From the human T2T-CHM13v2.0 reference genome, Homo sapiens, in the NCBI RefSeq assembly GCF_009914755.1, contig NC_060937.1: a stretch of 64,000 bases of DNA; one strand, given 5' to 3'. Each line of letters starts with the position of its first letter. Positions within the stretch are counted from its first letter, which is position 1. Below the pieces are notes generated by a model. The model saw only the letters and a list, made by a program, of their open reading frames with translations, did no database searches and was not told where the DNA came from. The translations under genes were made by a program, and so were the position numbers. This document shows positions 54,213 to 64,000 of the stretch, in pieces.

Positions 54213-54595
54213 GTATTTTTATATATGTATGAGTTTTGTGCATGCTCAGGAGCTAACTGGCTGATTTGATAGAAACACACTTCTCTATTTCTTTACACTT
54301 GGGTAGCCATTTTCTGAAAGGTGTTCTATGGAAGTTCTGGCTGTAAACTTGGTCTCATTTAAGAGCCAACTGGCAATGAAGCCCTGCTAGGGCATTCTGC
54401 TTGTTTCCAGTGTCTTTTGATCACTTACATCCCCAGGTCGATGTTTTGAAAGTGGATATTAGAACCAAATTTCAGAGTTTCTGGACTTTGTCTTCATTCT
54501 GATTTAAAAGAAGTGAATTCTCTTGCTTTTCACGCATGTGGTTTTTTAAATCTTAGGAACAATCATTCTGAAAGTGCTTTCCTTTTTCCCTCCAG

Positions 54596-54723
54596 ACAAG
54601 GCGCCTCTGTCGAAGAGCCTTCTGCTGGTCCCCAGTGCCCTCTCCCTCCTGCTCGCCCTCCTCCTGCCTCACTGCCAGAAGCTCTTTGTGTATGACCTTC
54701 ACGCAGTCAAGAACGACTTCCAG
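54596..54723 (+). CDS. UBAC2: UBAC2 exon 2 (128 nt; YKAPLSKSLLLVPSALSLLLALLLPHCQKLFVYDLHAVKNDFQ)
   Basis: Polypyrimidine tract + CCAG acceptor; CAG|GTAAGC donor; hydrophobic TM-like segment; frame continuous with exon 1. Confidence 0.96.
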
Positions 54724-55504
54724 GTAAGCTCTGCCTCATTGGCCCCTGAGAGGAGAGCGGACAGTTTTTTTTTTTTCTTTCTAGATTTGCTTTTTCTTCC
54801 TGCTGTTAGTCCCTCAAAGCCCCCAATTTGTAAGAAATATTTATTATTAATATTTCATTAAGTAACTTTTCTAGTTATTGATTTTTCAGCAAAACAGATA
54901 ATAATGAAGCAATGGCAGTATTTCCTTTTATTAGGCACATTTGTTTTCAGTTTCACTTTTTACTCAGAGAAGTGTAATTTATAACTTCAAGGGAATTAAA
55001 AACAATGTTTAATCTTTTTTTAATGCCCAGTAGGCATACTTAGCTTTGCCAAAACCTTGTCTCAATTTGAATATTTGATTAGAGGAGCTAGGCTCTGTCA
55101 GCTGTATCAGATTATGAATTTTTGATAACTTTTACAGTGGTGGTTAAACGAAGTAAGAAATTTCTCTTGAGTTTCTGCTGTGGGAAAGAGCAGAAGTGCT
55201 TTTCAAGGTTTCTGGACTGATCTTGTTGAAAATGCTAGTACTGGGTTCTTGTCTATGAATTGGAGTGTTCATGCAAATTCTGGTATATGACTGCTACCCT
55301 TTCTTTGCTAAGCACTTGGTTAGCCCATTTTAAGCATAATAATCCATTTCTTGAACACTGACACCTTTTCTTCATAGTGATATAATTAATACCATTGCTC
55401 AGATTGGCTTCACCAACTTACTGTGCAGGTCTTTTAGTTATTTATCCGTATTACTGATTTGTCAGAAGATAGTGTAGCTTCTGTATTATTTCAGTTGCTA
55501 TAAT

Positions 55505-55735
55505 GCAGTCATTCTCAACCCCGGACACACATTAGAATCACCTGAAAAAACTTCAAAGATCTGTCTCCATATCTATACTTACGTGAAGGTATAATTTATA
55601 CCTAGATTTATATAAACACAGTATCTCGCCCCAGAACAACTGAGTCACAGAGTCTGGTGGTGGCGCCTGGGCATTGCTGTACATTTAAAAACAACCCCTA
55701 GGGGATTCTAGTGTATGGCTGGCTTTGAGGACCAC
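55505..55735. mobile_element. MER5-like hAT fragment
   Basis: CAGTCATTCTCAACCC..CACATTAGAATCACCTG..GGGGATTCTA..TTGAGGACCACT. Confidence 0.65.
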
Positions 55736-57146
55736 TAATGTAAGGGCCCCCGGGCCTTGGGTTGATACCTTCCTAATTTCTGGAGTTAATTTGGTTCGTT
55801 TGGCTAAGCCCACTCTGTGGGCATCTGTGCTTTAAAGGTGGTGACCTGCTTGGATGGAAGAAGACCACTCTTCTGTCCAGGAATGGGAATAGCCACATCC
55901 AGATTAACACTTAAAACACCTAAGAGGCTCTCAGTGTGTATTCATGAGAGATATGGGAGTTGCAGTTCTGCCTTGGGAAATCTAAACACACGCATACACA
56001 TAAGAACGTGATCTGTAGGTCACAGGTGTACATGACATCCTTGGGGGGTGATCAAGGAAATAGGGACCAGTATTGGGGGCCTACCTCTGGAGAGTCTTAG
56101 GGGTGTGAGCCTTCAGTTTGGTCCAAAAAGAAGGGATGACTGTTAATTAGCAATGAAGAGAGGGAAGGGCATTTTACTTCAGGAAGTAACATGAATTTCA
56201 GACCCTTAGGAGTGTGGTACAGGAAGCGTGCTTTGAGGCAAACCCAGGCTTAGATTGGAGAAGTCCAGGAGGGCTCAGTTGATGAAGGGCTTTATTTTGT
56301 AAGTTCTGAACCTCCAGATTTTGGCAGTGAATGCAGAGGTACAGTCAGTTTTCTTTAGGTTGAGTTGCAGAAGCAGTGCTTTGCTGAGTGCAAGCCGGTA
56401 GCCAGTTACCAGTCTTTAGGGGACATTCACCTGTATAATAATATGCAGTGGTTTATTCTTATACCAGCTCTCATAGTTTTGTGTCCTTGAGTATGATTGC
56501 AACACATAAATTATTTAAAACTGTAGCTAGCAGCTTTATTTTCATTAACTGAAAAAATGGGGTTCTAGAAATGCAGTTTGTTATATCTTAGTAATTACAA
56601 ACTCTCCATTTCCTTAATCCTCAGATTTTCTTAGTGGCTCTCAGAGCTTATCCCTGAGTAGAGTATTTTCATTGTAATATTAAATGTGGGGATAGAGGAC
56701 TTGGAGCTGCCTCTTATGGTTTTTGAATCTGGTGTTCTGAGGAGATGACAGTCATCATCATCGGACATTGGTAAAGTCCTTGGCAGTTTCCTATGTGCTC
56801 TCGTGTACTGCCTCATTGATCATATTGATGGAGGTATATGCTGCCTAAAGTTTCAGTGTGACTCCGGTACTGTTTCTCCTTGAGCCCAGCTATGGCCTCA
56901 ACACAGCCTTAGAGGCAGCCATCCCAGTTCAGCTGGGCTGGCAGGTGAGGTGAACTCTGGTGGCCAGTACAGTCATGACAAAGACTCTGCCTGGTGTCTT
57001 GCTTGGAGTAGAGACATATGTGACAGGTTTTGACAGTTGATATGCTCAGACTTCTCATTTGTATTCTTATTTCTGTTGGCAAGAGCACAGGTTGTATGAC
57101 TTTACAAACTTTAGTTTCTCTGTGCCTCTTTTTCCTTAAGACAGTT

Positions 57147-57458
57147 GGCTGGGTGTGGTGGCTCACACCTGTCATTTCAGCACCTTGGGAGGCCAACGTT
57201 TGTGGATGGATTGCTTGAGCCCAGGAGTTCAAGACCAGCCTGGGCAACATGGCAAAACACCATCTCTACAAAAAATACAAAAATTAGACGGGTGTGGTGG
57301 TGCACACCTGTAGTCCCAGCTACTCAGGAGGCTGAGCTGCGAGTATTGATTCAGTCTCAGAGGGTTGAGCCTGCAGTGAGATGTGATCACATCACTGCAC
57401 TACAGCCTGGGCAACAGAGTGAGACCCTGTCTCAAAAAAAAAAAAAAAAAAAGAAAAG
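57147..57458 (+). mobile_element. AluJ
   Basis: Diverged dimer, A tail. Confidence 0.92.
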
Positions 57459-57464
57459 AGTTAC

Positions 57465-59320
57465 TATTACCAATGTTCGCAGCAGCATTATTCACAATAG
57501 CAAAAAGGCAGAAACCCAAATGTCTATTAACAGATACATGGATAAACAAAATGTGGTGTATACATACCATAGAATATTATTCAACTATAAATGAGAATGA
57601 GATTGATACATGCTTTACCATGAACCTTGAAAATATTATGCAAAGTGAAATGAGCAAATGCAAAAGGACAAATAAATGATCTTACTTACATGAGGTATCT
57701 AATATAAGCAAATTCATAGAGACATTAAGTAGAATAGTGTTTCCTGGGGCTAAGGGGAGAGGGAACAGGAAGTTAGCATGGCATTTCTGTCTAGGATGAT
57801 GAAGAGTTCTGGAAATAGATAGTGGTGATGGGTGTACAATATTGTGAATTTGCTTAATACCACTGAATTGTATACTCAATAGTTAAAATTTTAACTTTTT
57901 TTTTTTTCAACTTTTTTTTTTTTTATTGATCATTCTTGGGTGTTTCTCGCACAGGGGGATTTGGCAGGGTCATAGGACAATAGTGGAGGGAAGGTCAGCA
58001 GATAAACAAGTGAACAAAGGTCTCTGGTTTTCCTAGGCAGAGGACCCTGCGGCCTTCCGCAGTGTTTGTGTCCCTGGGTACTTGAGATTAGGGAGTGGTG
58101 ATGACTCTTAAGGAGCATGCTGCCTTCAAGCATCTGTTTAACAAAGCACATCTTGCACCGCCCTTAATCCATTTAACCCTGAGTGGACACAGCACATGTT
58201 TCAGAGAGCACAGGGTTGGGGGTAAGGTCACAGATCAACAGGATCCCAAGGCAGAAGAATTTTTCTTAGTACAGAACAAAATGAAAAGTCTCCCATGTCT
58301 ACTTCTTTCTACACAGAGACGGCAACCATCCGATTTCTCAATCTTTTCCCCACCTTTCCCCCCCTTCTATTCCACAAAACCGCCATTGTCATCATGGCCC
58401 GTTCTCAATGAGCTGCTGGGCACACCTCCCAGACGGGGTGGTGGCCGGGCAGAGGTGCCCCTCACCTCCCGGACGGGGCGGCTGGCCGGGCGGGGGGCTG
58501 ACCCCCCCACCTCCCTCCCGGACGGGGCGGCTGTCCGGGCAGAGGGGCTCCTCACTTCCCAGTAGGGGCGGCCGGGCAGAGGCGCCCCTCACCTCCCAGA
58601 CGGGGCGGCTGGCCGGGCGGGGGGCTGACCCCCCCACCTCCCTCCCCGACGGGGCGGCTGGCCGGGCGGGGGGCTGCCCCCCCCACCTCCCTCCCGGACG
58701 GGGCGGCTGTCCGGGCAGAGGGGCTCCTCACTTCCCAGTAGGGGCGGCCGGGCAGAGGCGCCCCTCACCTCCCAGACGGGGTGGCTGGCCAGGCGGGGGG
58801 CTGACCCCCCCACCTCCCTCCCGGACGGGGCGGCTGACCCCCCCACCTCCCTCCCGGACGGGGCGGCTGGCCGGGCGGGGGGCTGACCCTCCCACCTCCC
58901 TCCCCGACGGGGCGGCTGGCCTGGCCGGGGCTGACCCCCACCTCTCTCCCGGACGGGGTGGCTGCCGGGCGGAGACGCTCCTCACTTCCCAGACGGGGTG
59001 GCTGCCGGGTGGAGGGGCTCCTCACTTCTCAGACGGGGCGGCTGCCGGGCGGAGGGGCTCCTCACTTCTCAGACGGGGCGGCCGGGCAGAGACGCTCCTC
59101 ACCTCCCAGACGGGGCGGCGAGGCAGAGGTGCTCCCCACATCTCAGACGATGGGCGGCCGGGTAGAGACGCTCCTCACTTCCTAGATGGGATGGCGGCCG
59201 GGAAGAGGCGCTCCTCACTTCCTAGATGGGATGGCGGCCGGGCAGAGACGCTCCTCACTTTCCAGACTGGGCAGCCAGCAAAATTTTAACTTTTATATCT
59301 GTTTTACCACAATAAAAATA
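57465..59320 (+). mobile_element. Old L1M 3' end (57465-57899, resuming at 59280-59320), split by the SVA
   Basis: ATGTTCGCAGCAGCATTATTCACAATAGC..GGATAAACAAAATGTGGT..GATAGTGGTGATGG; TTTTACCACAATAAAAA after the SVA. Confidence 0.8.
57900..59279 (-). mobile_element. SVA retrotransposon, 5'-truncated (VNTR + SINE-R + poly-A only)
   Basis: Poly-T then TTTATTGATCATTCTTGGGTGTTTCTCGC (SINE-R end); GC-rich VNTR at ~58420-59279; no CCCTCT hexamer or Alu-like domain; 15-bp TSD AAAATTTTAACTTTT at 57885-57899 and 59280-59294. Confidence 0.97.
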
Positions 59321-60073
59321 CAAAGAAAAGTTGGAATTAATATTTGTTTTACCTATCTCATAAGGTCATTGTGAAGGGGAAATAAGATTAGGATGTTTGA
59401 GATGTCATTGGGATTATCTTTAAAAATCTGAAAAATGTTTAAGCAGACTCAAAAATAGGCCTTTGAGTAGCTCTTTTTTTTTTTTTTTTTTTTTTTTGTA
59501 TGTCCCCTTATATGTTTTTTATGCAGCCAGAAGTTGGGTGAAACAATGATTTAAATAAACTAATATTTCAAACCTAGTCATATTTAGCAGCAGTTGCCAT
59601 AAATTACTTTGCATAGTTGCTATGAAGTAAGTTGATGATTAAAATTAAGCTCAGAAATGCATATTTTTGAGTTTATACCTAAGTTGTTTTTCAGTTACAA
59701 CTTTGTCTTATTCAATAACATAAAAATGAACATTTGTTAGCCTTTCATTCTAGTTTACGTATATAATTTTAAAAAATCTTACTAAACGTGATCCTGAAAT
59801 TTCTTATAGGCAGTTTTCTGTTATCTTAATGAGAATATGTTTTCTTATAAGCACAAAAAAATTCAAGTACCTTTCGTGCCACTGTTGGGAGGAATTTTTA
59901 CTATGAGAGACTTGAGCTCAGAGAACATACATATATAGTTTTCCTTTGGTGTGTGCATTATGATTTTGTTTAGGACATTAAAAATAGGCAGTGTAAACAT
60001 AACAAATTTGCTAAGGAAGAGACCCGAACAAATTTTACTCTTGTTTATTGTTCTTTTTTAAATCCCCATCTAG

Positions 60074-60193
60074 ATTTGGAGGTTGATATGTGGAAGAATA
60101 ATTTGCCTTGATTTGAAAGATACTTTCTGCAGTAGTCTGCTTATTTATAATTTTAGGATATTTGAAAGAAGATATGGAAGCAGAAAATTTGCA
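60074..60193 (+). CDS. UBAC2: UBAC2 exon 3 (120 nt; IWRLICGRIICLDLKDTFCSSLLIYNFRIFERRYGSRKFA)
   Basis: CTAG acceptor, GCA|GTAAGT donor, phase 0/0; completes the rhomboid/Derlin-type Q-x-W-R (WR) motif. Confidence 0.96.
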
Positions 60194-60756
60194 GTAAGTT
60201 TTTATGTATTTTGTCTTTGCTACTTAGGCTGTAGAAAAAAATTTTGTTTAAATGGATTTTATTTTGTTAAACTTGGTGTTGTTATTTACAGTTATCTTTT
60301 TAATTACACTATTCTGTATCTGATTTGAGGCACATGGACATTAACCAAAGAAAATTTTAAAATGTAAGACATTAGCATAATAATAATAGTGATAATGATA
60401 ATATGTAGTATTAGTTGTGAACACTAATACAAATTTTAATACTTTGACTTTAATAAAATTATAATTTATTTTGCTTAGTGGTTTGTGTTTTACTTGTTAA
60501 AAATATATCTTCAACATACTTAAAAATTATGGCTGTTAATACATTTGAGCAATATGGGTTTACCCCGCCCATTTTCTAAAGTCTATTTTAATAAAAACAA
60601 ATAATTTCAAATATATATACACACATATGCATGTGTGTATATACACACACACACATACATATGAATACACACCTCTGAGCTGATTCTAGCTGAATAAATG
60701 TTAGTTTATTTTTAGGAGACTCATCTCTATCATTTTTCTGCTGTTTTATTTTGTAG

Positions 60757-60866
60757 TCCTTTTTGCTGGGTTCCTGGGTTTTGTCAGCCTTATTTGACTT
60801 TCTCCTCATTGAAGCTATGCAGTATTTCTTTGGCATCACTGCAGCTAGTAATTTGCCTTCTGGATT
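60757..60866 (+). CDS. UBAC2: UBAC2 exon 4 (110 nt; SFLLGSWVLSALFDFLLIEAMQYFFGITAASNLPSG + 2 nt); the gene continues beyond the window
   Basis: TTTTGTAG acceptor, TT|GTAAGT donor, open frame, TM-like segment. Confidence 0.95.
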
Positions 60867-60981
60867 GTAAGTAGCACTTAAAGATTGACTTAATTTAGAA
60901 CTACTTGAATCTGATTTAAAGTGTTATTATTATTATGTGAAAGTCAGTAAAATAATATTTTAAACTTCTAGATATAGTTAA

Positions 60982-61373
<392 letters not shown>

Positions 61374-61772
61374 CACCTTCTTTTTTTAGCTTTGAAAGTT
61401 TGTGTTTTAGAGAATTTTAAGTGAATTTCCTATTCTGATCCTGATAGAATTAGTTTTGTGTGTTTTTATAGTGAAATTTGTCTTTGTAATTTTATGAACT
61501 AAACACAAAAATATAGTTTAATTAGATTAGGAAACAAAATTAATTTGTACGAAGTTAAGCTTCTGAAGAATAATTTTTTAAAAGCTGATAATGTTTAAAC
61601 ACTTCCATCAAACATAAAACAAAGCCGGTGTATAGGTTATAACTTTGTAGACAACCTGCCGTGGCCAACCCCACTCAGAATTTGTATGCTTTCATATTGC
61701 GTTGATCTTCTTTAAAAAAAACAAAAACCATGTATTAGTGTGTGAAATAACTAGAATCTAGGAGTAGAGTTG

Positions 61773-62111
<339 letters not shown>

Positions 62112-63242
62112 TTAGTGTGTGAAATAATTAGAATCTAGGAGCAGAGTTGTTAGCACATGTAAATGACCTCCAAGCATCTGAATGAAGTATCTGAGACACT
62201 ATTTGGGAAATGAGATAGTATGAAATATAGATACCAGATATTTAAAATTCTGTGTGTACTATCTTCAGTCTCCTTTTAATTTTAAATATATGTTTTGAGA
62301 ACTATTAAGCTACTGTATGTATCTTGATTCAAATTCACTTTGGATCCCTATTTTAAAATTATAGTTAGTGTTCTAATAGCTTTCGTACCTGCATTGTTAA
62401 TGTTTACAGTGTAGCTGCCTTTTGTGAATTATAGTTGGTGTGAATATCCATGAATGTTGACCTTTAGCTCTTTTAATAATGTATGATTCTGAATAATGTT
62501 TGAATGGAGGCATAAAGTTCTGTGTCATAATTAGCATGCAGTTTGAATTCCACAGGTGGTCATTGTAATTAGACTGAGAAGTTAAAGTTGAGTATTCTGT
62601 TATTGGGGAAAATAGTGTAGTCATCAGGAATGATTCCACATTGACTCAGGAAAGCAGCAGCATTGCCAAATCATCAGTTTTCCCCAAAACATCTCCTATC
62701 AGGCCAGTTCTTTTTGGTTCCTGTATAGCCTACTGAGTGATGGGAGGTATGTGTGTCTGTGTTAGAATGAACTTTGGAGATGGATAGTAACTTAGCATTA
62801 TTCTTATTTACACTGTCTCCTTGTCTTCTTTTTCCTGCTGCACATGGAATCGAATGACAGTAGAACTTTCATATTCATTTATTTAATTTTGGAATCCCAT
62901 TAACTAGTACATAAAAAGATTGATTCAATTTTGAAGTTGGTGGGAATACTTTTGCTTACTCTCAGAAGAGGGAAGGGATTTACCTATTTAAATCTCAGTT
63001 TGTAGCAAGAGTTACAAACTTGAATAAATTGAAAAGTTGTAGCATCCCCTTTGAAAGACACTATAAATGTTAATTCAGCCATCTCCTGAATGAAAATATA
63101 TTTCTCTTCCTTTTCAAGTCACAAAACATTATATAGTATGACTTTTTTAAATCTTCAGGCTTTCTCAAACATAGACTTTTTGGAACACAATTAGTTCAAC
63201 AAGTAAACTTTGTGTAATGTAAATATATCTCTTAAAAACATT

Positions 63243-63755
<513 letters not shown>

Positions 63756-63784
63756 CTGTGTTGTTTTTTTTTAAATCAATGTAC

Positions 63785-64000
63785 TTCATGGACACAGGGA
63801 GGGGAACGTCACACACTGGGGCTGTCTATGGGTAAGGGGCAAGGGGAGGGAGAGCATTAGGACAAATACCTAATGCATATGAGGCTTAAAACCTAGATGA
63901 TGGGTCGATACGTGCAGCAAACCACCATGGCACATATATACCTCTGTAACAAACCTGCACGTTCTGCACATGTATCCCCGGAACTTAAAATAAAAATATG
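63785..64000 (+). mobile_element. L1PA-type 3' end
   Basis: ATGGACACAGGGAGGGGAAC..GGTAAGGGGCAAGGGGAGGGAGAGCATTAGGACAAATACCTAATGC..AAACCTGCACGTTCTGCACATGTATCCC. Confidence 0.9.

Noticed and set aside
58420-59279. Repeat array superficially like CRISPR
   Set aside because: SVA VNTR with no unique spacers, in a eukaryotic context
58095-59289. Long ORFs (156 aa and 293 aa) on the + strand
   Set aside because: Antisense readings of SVA SINE-R and the GC-rich VNTR; low stop frequency explains their length

Overview
Hominoid, almost certainly human, genomic DNA: it is Alu-dense and carries AluY and an SVA. The window covers the 5' half of UBAC2 (rhomboid-like pseudoprotease; I recognise the N-terminus MFTSTGSSGLYKAPLSKSLLLVPSAL...). 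A CpG-island promoter at ~16.3-17.5 kb is followed by four + strand coding exons (17064-17094, 54596-54723, 60074-60193, 60757-60866), all GT-AG and phase-compatible. The promoter is probably bidirectional, with a divergent antisense lncRNA. The rest is mostly interspersed repeats: about 40 Alus, old L1s, an ERV1 MER4 provirus remnant with a tRNA-Arg primer-binding site, MaLR LTRs and DNA transposons. There are several retrocopies: a 3'-truncated GAPDH copy, a tailless 7SK copy, a full-length H2AZ1 copy, a 50-nt HERV-W mRNA end and a 5'-truncated SVA. I did not find a convincing new biological system. The most notable observations are: (1) the H2A.Z retrocopy keeps a 128-codon ORF through compensating +2/-2 indels that rewrite its acidic-patch/docking segment; (2) two independent 60-70 bp locally templated insertions, each copied from ~5 kb away; (3) the micro HERV-W processed pseudogene; (4) inverted-Alu architecture around exons 2-4 that predicts a circRNA with a junction-spanning 49-aa ORF. 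Repeat family names and comparisons with parent genes come from my recall of consensus sequences, not from a search. Repeat boundaries are approximate. Almost all ORFs in the supplied track are spurious.
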